Origin: an uncultured Bdellovibrionales bacterium
GTDB taxonomy: Bacteria; Bdellovibrionota_C; UBA2361; J135
Direction: 5' to 3'
Assembly (NCBI GenBank): GCA_964523015.1
Contig: CAZFXN010000003.1
Coordinates: forward strand, 22,117 to 86,116
Length of the DNA stretch: 64,000 nucleotides
Shown here: positions 55,803-64,000 of the stretch, in pieces
Position numbering within the stretch: position 1 is the stretch's first letter
Layout: every line of letters begins with the position of its first letter
Program-made: the position numbers and the translations under genes
The notes under the pieces: model-generated
The model's input: only the letters and a program-made list of their open reading frames with translations
What the model was told of the DNA's origin: nothing
Databases searched by the model: none

Positions 55803-57644
55803 TTATTTTTCTAAAGCTTCCTTTATCCTTTGGGCCAATGATAGAGGAAGCTTTCCTAGTTTTGATATCTCTTCTATCGATGAGGATCTGACCCGATCTA
55901 CACTTCCAAATTCTTTTAATAGTTTTTTCCTACGCTCTTCTCCTATACCAGGAATTTCATCAAGAATTGATTTAAAAACTCTTTTAGCACGTTGTGTTCG
56001 ATGAAAGGTAATTACAAATCTATGAGTCTCATCACGAACTCTTTCTAAAAATTGGGTTGTGGGATCAGTACTTACTAGGGGTATTGAGTCCTCTTTATAC
56101 GGCAAAAATACCCGCTCTGGCTTAAGGACACTCTCTCCATCTTCATTGTTTACAGCACGACTTTTGGCCAGTGAGATCATATCTATATTATACCCGATTT
56201 CATCTCGCGCCTTTAGCGCAGCATTTAATTGCCCCATCCCCCCATCAATGATTAATAGGTCAGGGAGATTTTCATCCTCAATGCCGCGCACTAATCGTCT
56301 TAGTACAACTTCATACATCGCCTTAAAATCATCGGGCTTTTCAGAAAACGGTAATTTAAATTTTTTGTAAGATCCTTTATCTGGAAAGCCATCTTGAAAT
56401 GTAACGATTGCAGCTACGATATTAGATCCTTGAAGGTTAGAGATATCTAAACACTCAATTCTACGCGGCACTTGCGATAAAGAAAATTTCTTATACAGAT
56501 CTTTTGCAATAGCACTATATCGATCTTCGGCGTTAAATTTCTCTTTAAATGCCTGACGTGCATTGAGCTCAGAGATTCCTAAGAGTCTTCGTTTAATGCC
56601 ACGTTTCGCTGAGATAATCTTGGGTCGCGCCTCACGAGCCTTTTCAATTTGATCAATTAGAACCTTCTCAGATTCGATCTCTAACGGAATAATTATCTCA
56701 TTAGGAACATCAGCTCTCTCATAATATTGTTGAAGCACACTTTCTAAGATCTCTTCATCTGATCCTATGACTTCATTTAAAGGGAAATTCTCGTTGTTTA
56801 AAATTCTACCATCTCTTACATGAAGAATTGAAATAGCCGCTAAGCTTCCCTCTCGATAGAGTCCAAACACATCTCGATTCTCTGAGCGGTAAGAGATGAT
56901 ATCCTTACCCGCTTTAAAATTTTCTAAAACTTCAACTCTATCCCTATATAGAGCGGCTTCCTCAAAGCGAAGCTCTTCTGAAGCTTGGTTCATCTTTGAA
57001 ACGATCTCTTCTTTGACCTCTTGGGATCTGCCCTCTAAGATCCGCTCAGCCTGCCTGATCCATCTTTGGTACTCCCCCTTATCAACTGGCAAACAGCACG
57101 GACCTGCGCAACGCTTAATCTCATACTCTAAGCAGGGACGTTGTCTGTTTAAAAAAACAGTATCCGAGCAACTTCTTAGTGGGATTACTGTTTTAATTAA
57201 TTCTAAAACAGCTCTTAATTCTGAACTTGACGAATAGGGCCCAAAATATTTTGCTCCATCGTTTTCAATGCGACGCACTAGATCTAATCTTGGCCATTCA
57301 ACCTCATGATTTACTCGTACACTTAGATAAGCTTTATCGTCTTTTAATTTTATATTATAACGCGGCTGATATTTTTTAATTAAATCACTTTCTAAAACAA
57401 AGGCTTGCTCTTCGTTTTCAGTAATAATTGTATCAATAAAATAAAGCCGATCTAATAAAAAAGCGATCTGAGCTCTTGTATCTTGAAAATTAAAGTAACT
57501 CCTTACCCGTTCCTTTAGATTCTTAGCTTTACCAATATAGATAACCTTCCCCTCTTTATCCTTCATTAGATAAACTCCTGGGGATTCGGGTAGGGATTGT
57601 ACCCGTAAAGCTATCGGATGTTTATCTTCACTATCAGCACTCAC
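55803..57644 (-). CDS. uvrC: excinuclease ABC subunit C
   Basis: GIY-YIG motif (PGVYLMKDKEGKVIYIGKAKNLKERV), a UVR domain, an Endo-V-like domain, and a C-terminal (HhH)2, IPGIGEERRKKLLKEFGS. GTG start. Confidence 0.95.
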   Translation of the reverse strand: MSADSEDKHPIALRVQSLPESPGVYLMKDKEGKVIYIGKAKNLKERVRSYFNFQDTRAQIAFLLDRLYFIDTIITENEEQAFVLESDLIKKYQPRYNIKLKDDKAYLSVRVNHEVEWPRLDLVRRIENDGAKYFGPYSSSSELRAVLELIKTVIPLRSCSDTVFLNRQRPCLEYEIKRCAGPCCLPVDKGEYQRWIRQAERILEGRSQEVKEEIVSKMNQASEELRFEEAALYRDRVEVLENFKAGKDIISYRSENRDVFGLYREGSLAAISILHVRDGRILNNENFPLNEVIGSDEEILESVLQQYYERADVPNEIIIPLEIESEKVLIDQIEKAREARPKIISAKRGIKRRLLGISELNARQAFKEKFNAEDRYSAIAKDLYKKFSLSQVPRRIECLDISNLQGSNIVAAIVTFQDGFPDKGSYKKFKLPFSEKPDDFKAMYEVVLRRLVRGIEDENLPDLLIIDGGMGQLNAALKARDEIGYNIDMISLAKSRAVNNEDGESVLKPERVFLPYKEDSIPLVSTDPTTQFLERVRDETHRFVITFHRTQRAKRVFKSILDEIPGIGEERRKKLLKEFGSVDRVRSSSIEEISKLGKLPLSLAQRIKEALEK

Positions 57645-57667
57645 AAAGTATTCCAGATAAAAAAGTA

Positions 57668-58468
57668 CTAGGTTTTAGCCTGAATAAGACTTCCTGACTC
57701 ATACCGCCTAAGACCATAGTAAAAAAACCAAACAGCTATGGTAAAAATAGACACCATATAAAGCACTGAGTACAGAAGATCAGTAAGACTTAAGTTTTGA
57801 ATCATAGAGTGCGGCACTCCATAGATAAACACTGCAGGTACTAAAGTGCATATTATAACCTTAAGTCCTCCATAAAATGAAGTAAGGGGATAAATACAAA
57901 AAGTAATTAAACTCCAAAGCATATTAGCAGCAGCATCCTCAAAATTGCCTACAAAAAATGAGACTGATTGAGTAATAACTACAAACGAGAGAACTGCTAT
58001 AGCAGAAATAAACCCTCCCACAATAAAGAGGGCAAATCTTTCGATACTAAAATCAGCAAATACTATAAATCCGATAATTCCATAAATAATATCACCGATA
58101 CCACTAAAGTACATTTTACTCATACTAACATGCCAAAGCACATTTTTTGGAAATGTTAGGTAATAATCAAGCTCCCCTCTATATATAGTACGAGATAATT
58201 CAAATGCTCCGGCAAAAAAGGTACCAAAAAGCCCGAAAGAGAAACATCCAAGGGCAAACAAAACCATACTGTCATTAAATTGCCAGCCCTGAATTGATGG
58301 AAATTTTTGAAAATAGATCCACCAGCAAATTACCCAGCAGATATTATTAAAGATCATCCCTAAAACTTGAGTGATAAATGATGCTCGGTACTCTAATGCC
58401 GACATTAATCCATGACTAAATAGGATCCAAGTAAGTTTTAAATATTTAGCCGCCGTTTTGAGCAACAC
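57668..58468 (-). CDS. ABC-2-type transporter permease (uncharacterised ABC system, second permease)
   Basis: 266 aa with 6 TM helices. It overlaps the upstream permease by 23 nt. Confidence 0.7.
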   Translation of the reverse strand: MLLKTAAKYLKLTWILFSHGLMSALEYRASFITQVLGMIFNNICWVICWWIYFQKFPSIQGWQFNDSMVLFALGCFSFGLFGTFFAGAFELSRTIYRGELDYYLTFPKNVLWHVSMSKMYFSGIGDIIYGIIGFIVFADFSIERFALFIVGGFISAIAVLSFVVITQSVSFFVGNFEDAAANMLWSLITFCIYPLTSFYGGLKVIICTLVPAVFIYGVPHSMIQNLSLTDLLYSVLYMVSIFTIAVWFFYYGLRRYESGSLIQAKT

Positions 58469-59243
58469 GTCTGACTCCTTTTTGATACAAAAAATATGAA
58501 ACTATACTAAGCAAAATTACCCATCCGACTTGAACACATAAGTGCTGCATCATTCTTGTGTAATCAAATAATACTATTACCTCTGAGGCAGAATAAAAAA
58601 GATGCGCAAAAGGTAACCGTTCAACAATCCATTGAAGCCTTTCTGGAAAAATTGCAGGGGGTAAAATCATACCTCCCAACATTATATAGAGCTTTTGATA
58701 GATCCATCTAAAGGCTGAAACATCCTCTGTCCAAAATGCAAGCAGTCCTATTGATAACGAGATTAAAAAATGAAGAGTTAATCCTAGTATTAAAAGTATA
58801 CTGCCAAAAAAAAGTGCTTTAAGATGAAGTTCAAATCCACCAACTAAAAGAAATGCGACAATAACACTTAGTGTCGTTCCCAAAATTAATGATGGTGCAC
58901 TTCGTCCCCAAAACCCTGCAAATTGTTGCATTGGATAAGATATTGGGCGTAGGAGAGAATATGCAATTTCTCCTTTCCTTACATCTTCACTAATTAACGT
59001 TCCAACATCTGGACTTGTCACAATTCCAAAAGCTTGAGTTAAAGTAACCATCCAAATAATCATGGCTGGAGTTATCCCTTCAATTTGACCAACTACTCCT
59101 GAGCTAAAACTCGCTTCATATAACTGGGCAATTATCCAGATTCTAAGCGCAATAATTGCGCCCTTAGAAAAAAGGTTAAACAGATAGGTCTTTTCAGTTT
59201 TTGCCTGAATAGAAGCAATTGAGATGTACTTTCTTAAAAACAT
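58446..59243 (-). CDS. ABC-2-type transporter permease (first permease)
   Basis: 265 aa with 6 TM helices, downstream of the ATPase gene. Confidence 0.7.
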   Translation of the reverse strand: MFLRKYISIASIQAKTEKTYLFNLFSKGAIIALRIWIIAQLYEASFSSGVVGQIEGITPAMIIWMVTLTQAFGIVTSPDVGTLISEDVRKGEIAYSLLRPISYPMQQFAGFWGRSAPSLILGTTLSVIVAFLLVGGFELHLKALFFGSILLILGLTLHFLISLSIGLLAFWTEDVSAFRWIYQKLYIMLGGMILPPAIFPERLQWIVERLPFAHLFYSASEVIVLFDYTRMMQHLCVQVGWVILLSIVSYFLYQKGVRRVAQNGG

Positions 59244-59260
59244 ATAGCACGAGTTGCCCT

Positions 59261-59319
59261 TTAATTATCTTTTAATTTCTCTCTTAATTTCTCCTTTAAT
59301 TTCTCTCTTAATTTCTTTT
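59261..59319. repeat. five tandem copies of a 12-bp unit TTAATTTCTC(T/C)(C/T)
   Basis: The units are TTAATTATCTT, TTAATTTCTCTC, TTAATTTCTCCT, TTAATTTCTCTC and TTAATTTCTTTT. The last copy contains the stop codon of the ABC ATPase. On the minus strand each unit reads (A/G)GAGAAATTAA. Confidence 0.9.
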
Positions 59320-60288
59320 TTCTTTATAAATACCAGCTATTACTTCCTCTAATTCTGGCTCACTAATGTTTATATCTGATAATTTAAAATTTGAAGTTGC
59401 ATAACTTAAAAGCTTCTCAATCGCTCTACCATTATTTTCAACTTCAATCTTTAAATTAAATTTTCCAGACTCAATAACCTTCCCCTCAGGATATTTGAAT
59501 CTCTCTGTGCTCTCCTCAAGAACAAGCTCGATGGTTTTAGTTTTAAGATACTCTCGCCCAAACAGTGCGGTGCTTCCATCATAAACAATTCGTCCATGAT
59601 TAATTACAATTGTTCTCTTTGCCAGTGCTTCAATATCACCTGCGTCATGAGAGGTTAAAAATATAGTCACCTTTTCTGTTTCATTTATGTGCCTGATCAC
59701 CTCTCTTATCTGCTGCTTTGCTACTACATCTAATCCAATAGTTGGCTCATCCAAAAAAACAACTTTTGGGCCATGTAAAAGAGATGCCACAATTTCACAG
59801 CGCATCCTTTCTCCTAGTGAAAGTTTCCTTACCGGGGTTTTTAGATATTTTCCAATTTCAAACGCTTCTACTAAAAAATTAAGCCGTTTTTTATAGCTCT
59901 CAGTATCTAACTCATACATTTCAGAAAATAGCTTATAGCTATCTAGTGCTGGCAAATGAAACCAAAGCTGAGCCTTTTGGCCAAAAACTGCCCCAATTTG
60001 AAAAGCCAACTCTATTCTCTGTTTTTCTGGATCGAGTCCTAAAACTGAAACTTCTCCACTAGATCTAAAAAGAATTCCAGTCATAATCTTGATGGTAGTA
60101 CTTTTCCCCGCACCATTAGGTCCGATAAACGCAACTATCTCTCCTTCGTTGACACTAAAGGTAATGTCATCAACTGCGACCACTTCTCTACTCTGTTTAG
60201 ATAAAAGTCTTTTAAAGCCAGAAGTTAATCCAGCTTCTTTTTCTCTCACAGAGAATGTTTTTCTAAGATTTTTTACTTCTATTGTCAT
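59308..60288 (-). CDS. ABC transporter ATP-binding protein
   Basis: Motifs seen are Walker A GPNGAGKST, signature LSLGERMR, Walker B VVFLDEPTIGLD, and a C-terminal extra domain of ~90 aa. Confidence 0.9.
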   Translation of the reverse strand: MTIEVKNLRKTFSVREKEAGLTSGFKRLLSKQSREVVAVDDITFSVNEGEIVAFIGPNGAGKSTTIKIMTGILFRSSGEVSVLGLDPEKQRIELAFQIGAVFGQKAQLWFHLPALDSYKLFSEMYELDTESYKKRLNFLVEAFEIGKYLKTPVRKLSLGERMRCEIVASLLHGPKVVFLDEPTIGLDVVAKQQIREVIRHINETEKVTIFLTSHDAGDIEALAKRTIVINHGRIVYDGSTALFGREYLKTKTIELVLEESTERFKYPEGKVIESGKFNLKIEVENNGRAIEKLLSYATSNFKLSDINISEPELEEVIAGIYKEKRN

Positions 60289-60388
60289 ATACAGTTATCC
60301 ACTTTAATTTCGTACCTAATTTTCCTTATACATAAGTATAAGCACCTGGCCAAAAAAACCCTGTAAAAAGGAGCCTAAAAGGGGTCCT

Positions 60389-60424
60389 AAAAAAGAGGGG
60401 CGATCTTGAATCACCCCTCTTTTT
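60389..60424 (-). terminator. intrinsic terminator downstream of the MFS gene (hairpin usable on both strands)
   Basis: AAAAGAGGGG-cgatcttgaatca-CCCCTCTTTT. It starts 5 nt after the stop at 60429. Confidence 0.75.
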
Positions 60425-60428
60425 AGAA

Positions 60429-61625
60429 CTAACCTTCAAGCACACCACTAACTCTCCTCTCTCTTACTAGGATCAAAGCGACACCGATTGCGAGTACTGA
60501 AAGAATCGCAAAAGGAGCACCAAATCCAAACGCATCACCCAGGATCCCAATCGGCAGTAGCATCGCTACCCGAGAAAGGGAATCAAGTGTATTACGTATC
60601 GAGAGGACAGTTGCCTTATTGTCTTTACTACATTCATCATCTACAGCGGCAGAGAACGCAGTCTCAGTGTATCCGCGAGCGACGTGAAAGAGAAAGGCAA
60701 AAAGTGCACATCCTATCGTAGCGCTAAGCGACATCATCCCGTAGCCAATTGCAATAAGGACGCTTGCAATTGTCAAAAGCTGTCGCTCACTAACACGTCC
60801 GTTAAGCCTGACACAGAATTGGCAAGAACCAATAGCCGTCAGATGAAACATCCCTGCTAGCATTCCAATTCCAGATTCTGTAAGGCCACTAGCCTTAAAG
60901 TATCCTGGAATAAGAACAACACCACCGTGGTAAAGACCAGCAAACATCCCTGAAAGAAGCAGTATCTCTTTGAGCCTGCCGTTTTCCTTAAAGGAAAAGC
61001 GAAAGGCTTTTAAAAACTGCTCTTTCAGGGCCACAGTTGCAACATCGCTCTTAATGGACGTTTCTTTAAGACAAAGGGCAACCAAAATGGCACCCAATGC
61101 AAAAACAAACGCAACACTAAGAGGCAACTCACGGTTAACCTCAAACAGAAAACCGCCCACAAATGAGCCACACATCCAAGCACCAAAGGAGACTGTCCTT
61201 AAGTTTCCAACAGTCTTTAACTTTTTATGCGCCCCCTCGCCCACCTCCTCTACTGAGTCAGTAACGAGAGCCTGTGTTGCTCCTGACAAACTGGCTAGTG
61301 CTGCTGCCAACACCACCTCTGCAAAAAGAAACCCCCAGAACTCTTTCGCTAGGATGTATCCACCTAGTGCCAGAGCAAAGAGGCAGCTTCCTACAACAAT
61401 TGCTACCTTTCTTCCTTTCCGATCGGCAAGCATGCCGTTTGGAATTGAGAGAAGAGCAATTACCAAGAAAAAAGCTCCTTCAATCACACTTGCCTCAGCA
61501 AGTGTTACACCGTGCTCTTGCCAGTAAAGGACAAGTGTTGGTGCAATAATCGCAATCCCGCTTATAAGTGCCACATGCACATAGCTAAGAGCGATGTTGC
61601 GCCTTAAAAGATCTCTTCGTGTCAC
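60429..61625 (-). CDS. MFS transporter
   Basis: 398 aa with 12 predicted TM helices. The loop 2-3 motif is MLADRKGRK. Confidence 0.85.
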   Translation of the reverse strand: MTRRDLLRRNIALSYVHVALISGIAIIAPTLVLYWQEHGVTLAEASVIEGAFFLVIALLSIPNGMLADRKGRKVAIVVGSCLFALALGGYILAKEFWGFLFAEVVLAAALASLSGATQALVTDSVEEVGEGAHKKLKTVGNLRTVSFGAWMCGSFVGGFLFEVNRELPLSVAFVFALGAILVALCLKETSIKSDVATVALKEQFLKAFRFSFKENGRLKEILLLSGMFAGLYHGGVVLIPGYFKASGLTESGIGMLAGMFHLTAIGSCQFCVRLNGRVSERQLLTIASVLIAIGYGMMSLSATIGCALFAFLFHVARGYTETAFSAAVDDECSKDNKATVLSIRNTLDSLSRVAMLLPIGILGDAFGFGAPFAILSVLAIGVALILVRERRVSGVLEG

Positions 61626-61792
61626 AAAACCTCCGTTTCTTCTAGTTTCCTAGTTGTTTTGTTCAACCCTTAAACTTTAGGTACAGCTTTAGATACAACT
61701 CAAGCGTGTGCTCTGTAAGCTTTCGGGTCAGTTATGTTTGCTTGTCGGTAACAAAAACTCTCAAGCCAGGTGCATTACACCTGGGTAAGAAG

Positions 61793-62143
61793 TTAATTTA
61801 AGGAGGGAATCATGGCAGAGGATTGCTGCGGGAATTTACTCAATAAGGCTAACTTATTAAACAGATGAAACGTTTCTAATTCTACCCATATATTCAATTT
61901 TTTTGTGGCCTTTGCAGTAACCTTAACCTTAACCTTAACCTTAACCTTAACCTTTATCGCGGCCGGCCCTTGAGCTGTATATCCTTGATCGGCATACCAC
62001 GAATCCAGATCCACATAACCCTGTTCCACGTACGCCGGATTGGTATGCGACGTAATTCTAGCCGCACCAATACCGCAACCCGGCTTATGAGAAGGCTGCC
62101 TGGAGGTCATGCTAAAAATATTTAAGTTATGTTCTAAACGCAT
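61793..62143 (-). CDS. small hypothetical ORF (116 aa, or 105 aa from the second ATG) with in-frame (KV)6 repeat; coding status uncertain
   Basis: It lies in the intergenic space between uvrB and the MFS gene. The central part is G/C-rich at third codon positions. No clear SD. Confidence 0.25.
   Translation of the reverse strand: MRLEHNLNIFSMTSRQPSHKPGCGIGAARITSHTNPAYVEQGYVDLDSWYADQGYTAQGPAAIKVKVKVKVKVKVTAKATKKLNIWVELETFHLFNKLALLSKFPQQSSAMIPSLN
61919..61954. repeat. perfect hexanucleotide microsatellite (AACCTT)6
   Basis: Read directly from the sequence. On the minus strand it is (AAGGTT)6, encoding (KV)6 in the ORF frame. Confidence 0.95.
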
Positions 62144-62318
62144 CTGTAAAAACTTTCTTTAAATCTTAAAATTGTTAAGGCTTATTCAAAAAACGCATAA
62201 AATAAGCCAAAAACAACAAAAATGCCGCAAGAATCAAATCTTTACGGTACTATCTTTAATCAAATTACCACAAAGGTGGCAGTTGTCAATCTAAACTTTT
62301 GAGATCTGTTAAATATTT

Positions 62319-64000
62319 TTAAATTTTCAACAATTCGTTTTGAACCTCCACCAAAACATCTCTAATTTCAGCCGCGTGCTCGAACTCTCTCTTCTTTGCT
62401 GCATCAAGCATCTCATGGCGAAGCCGTTCAAGTAACTTTTGCTGCTCAGCCTTAGTTGTCGGAAGTTCAAATTTTCGGCTCTTTAGTGTAAACTCTGTTT
62501 TTGCGCCGTCAATATGCGCGCCGTCTTTATAGGTATCAGTAAGGCCTGATTCTAGTTCACGGGTAGTGCTTTTTGGAACAATATTGTGCTCCTTATTATA
62601 CTTCTCCTGTTTTGCCCGTCTCTTTGTTGTCTCATCTACGGCTGCTTTAATAGAATTAGTCATAATATCAGCATAAATAATGGCTCTGCCGCGAATGTTT
62701 CTTGCTGCTCGTCCGATAGTTTGGATCAAAGAACGTCGCGATCGTAAAAATCCCTCTTTGTCACCATCAAGGATCGCAACCAGACTTACTTCAGGGAGAT
62801 CTAGCCCTTCCCTAAGTAAATTTATGCCGATTAGAACATCAAAATCTTTTCTTCTTAAACCTCTTAAAATTTCAACACGCTCAAGAGTATCAATATCAGA
62901 ATGAAGATATCTTGACTTAACTCCGATCTCTCTTAGATATAAAGAGAGATCCTCAGACATCTTTTTAGTAAGTGTGGTAACTAAAACGCGATCCCCCTTT
63001 GCTACAGTCTCCCGGATCTCTTTTAAAAGATCGTCAACTTGATTTGTAGCTGGCCTGATAATTACCTCTGGATCTAAAAGACCGGTCGGCCTAATTAGTT
63101 GTTCAATCACAATGTTATTACATTTTTCAACCTCAGCATCTCCAGGTGTAGCTGATACAAAGATCGTCTGTCCAGCGCGCTGCCAAAATTCCTCCGCGTT
63201 AAGCGGTCGATTATCAAGAGCAGAAGGCAATCTAAATCCGTGTTCAACAAGGGTTGTTTTTCTAGAACGATCCCCTTTATACATCCCTTCAATTTGAGAA
63301 ATAGTGACATGGCTTTCGTCAATTACGAGGAGATAATCCTCAGGGAAATAATCGATCAATGTTGCGGGTGGTTGACCAGCACTACGACCCGTTAAGTGTC
63401 GCGAATAATTTTCAATACCAGAGCAAAATCCAACCTCTTTAATAAGTTCTAGATCGTAAAGAACGCGCTGCTCAAGCCGATCAGCTTCTAAATTTTTCTG
63501 CGCCGCTCGAAGCTCCTTTAGATGCGGTTTTAATTCAGTCCTGATAGTTTCCCGCGCTTTTAACATTACCTCTCGTGGCACTACATAGTGGCTAGCTGGG
63601 AAAAGATCACAAACTTCTAGCTCTCTTAAAACTGCATGAGTAATAAAATCAATAAACTTTATCTCTTCAATCAGATCACCAAAAAAGATTAATCGAATAG
63701 CTCTTTCATCTTCATTAGCCGGGAATATGTCAATTACTTCACCATTAACCCTAAATGTGCCTCGCTTAAAATCCATCTCGGTGCGCTCATACTGAAGATA
63801 GACTAGTTTTTTTAAAAGATCTTCACGAGGTAAATTTTCGCCCCGTCGAAAAGTTACCATCATGTTCATGTACTCTTCCGGCGCACCTATACCGTAAATA
63901 CAACTTACGCTCGCCACAATAATCACATCACGCGATCGAAGCAGTGCCGTAGTAGCGCTATGTCTCATCTTATCGATCTGATCATTGATCATCGAATCTT
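62319..64000 (-). CDS. uvrB: excinuclease ABC subunit B, C-terminal ~560 aa (N-terminus beyond the right edge)
   Basis: Blocks seen are RHSATTALLRSRDVIIVASVSCIYGIG, helicase motifs (LVIDESH, VSATPG, GINLLREGLDLPEVSLVAILDGDKEGFLRS, QTIGRAARN), and the C-terminal UVR domain FEHAAEIRD. The frame stays open to 64000. Confidence 0.95.
   Translation of the reverse strand, partial: DSMINDQIDKMRHSATTALLRSRDVIIVASVSCIYGIGAPEEYMNMMVTFRRGENLPREDLLKKLVYLQYERTEMDFKRGTFRVNGEVIDIFPANEDERAIRLIFFGDLIEEIKFIDFITHAVLRELEVCDLFPASHYVVPREVMLKARETIRTELKPHLKELRAAQKNLEADRLEQRVLYDLELIKEVGFCSGIENYSRHLTGRSAGQPPATLIDYFPEDYLLVIDESHVTISQIEGMYKGDRSRKTTLVEHGFRLPSALDNRPLNAEEFWQRAGQTIFVSATPGDAEVEKCNNIVIEQLIRPTGLLDPEVIIRPATNQVDDLLKEIRETVAKGDRVLVTTLTKKMSEDLSLYLREIGVKSRYLHSDIDTLERVEILRGLRRKDFDVLIGINLLREGLDLPEVSLVAILDGDKEGFLRSRRSLIQTIGRAARNIRGRAIIYADIMTNSIKAAVDETTKRRAKQEKYNKEHNIVPKSTTRELESGLTDTYKDGAHIDGAKTEFTLKSRKFELPTTKAEQQKLLERLRHEMLDAAKKREFEHAAEIRDVLVEVQNELLKI

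Noticed and set aside
59261-59319. 12-bp tandem array as a CRISPR array
   Set aside because: The units are directly adjacent without spacers and are far shorter than CRISPR repeats. No cas genes are present.
60970-61549. 185-aa and 91-aa plus-strand ORFs inside the MFS transporter gene
   Set aside because: They are antisense shadow ORFs. The minus-strand product has 12 regular TM helices.
61919-61954. (AACCTT)6 as a telomere-like or CRISPR-like element
   Set aside because: It is a single short microsatellite inside a bacterial intergenic ORF. It has no spacers, no array and no terminal position.

Overview
AT-rich, densely coding chromosomal segment of a diderm bacterium. The lineage cannot be assigned from sequence alone. 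The gene content (Tad pilus, sigma-54 activators, Hanks kinase, PSCyt/DUF1501 pair, porin) fits Bdellovibrionota/Myxococcota-like or PVC-type lineages. I recognised about 60 protein genes and no rRNA, tRNA, CRISPR array, transposase or integrase. In the left 10.5 kb, ten co-directional minus-strand genes with short gaps run PP2C phosphatase, FHA protein, Hanks Ser/Thr kinase, TadZ/CpaE, Flp pilin, CpaB, TadA/CpaF, TadB, TadC and an FHIPEP export-gate gene (FlhA/SctV) cut by the window edge. From 10.8 to 17.9 kb lies a signalling island. It holds a polytopic sensor with a degenerate kinase core plus receiver, a receiver/zinc-ribbon protein, and two translationally coupled sigma-54 enhancer-binding proteins, the first degenerate. 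The remainder is housekeeping and metabolic: PduO adenosyltransferase, MiaB, split B12 acyl-CoA mutase with acyl-CoA dehydrogenase/crotonase, PurEK, RNase E/G, UvrC and UvrB. It also carries envelope genes (porin, lipoproteins, GT-C glycosyltransferase, ComEC, ABC-2 exporter, MFS) and a DUF1501 / PSCyt1-DUF1549-DUF1553 pair. The observations most worth follow-up are: (1) the Ser/Thr phospho-signalling triad heading a secretin-less Tad operon that ends in an FHIPEP gene; (2) a ~1.1 kb compositionally odd segment bounded by ~37-nt direct repeats that duplicate the 3' end of a Rieske-like gene, containing small GC3-rich ORFs and a 28-30 bp hairpin but no recombinase; (3) a second small GC3-rich ORF with an in-frame (AACCTT)6 repeat near uvrB; (4) a CheY-like gene paired with a PycTM/DUF5706-like membrane protein without a cyclase. 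All functional calls rest on motif recognition by eye, and no database search was possible.
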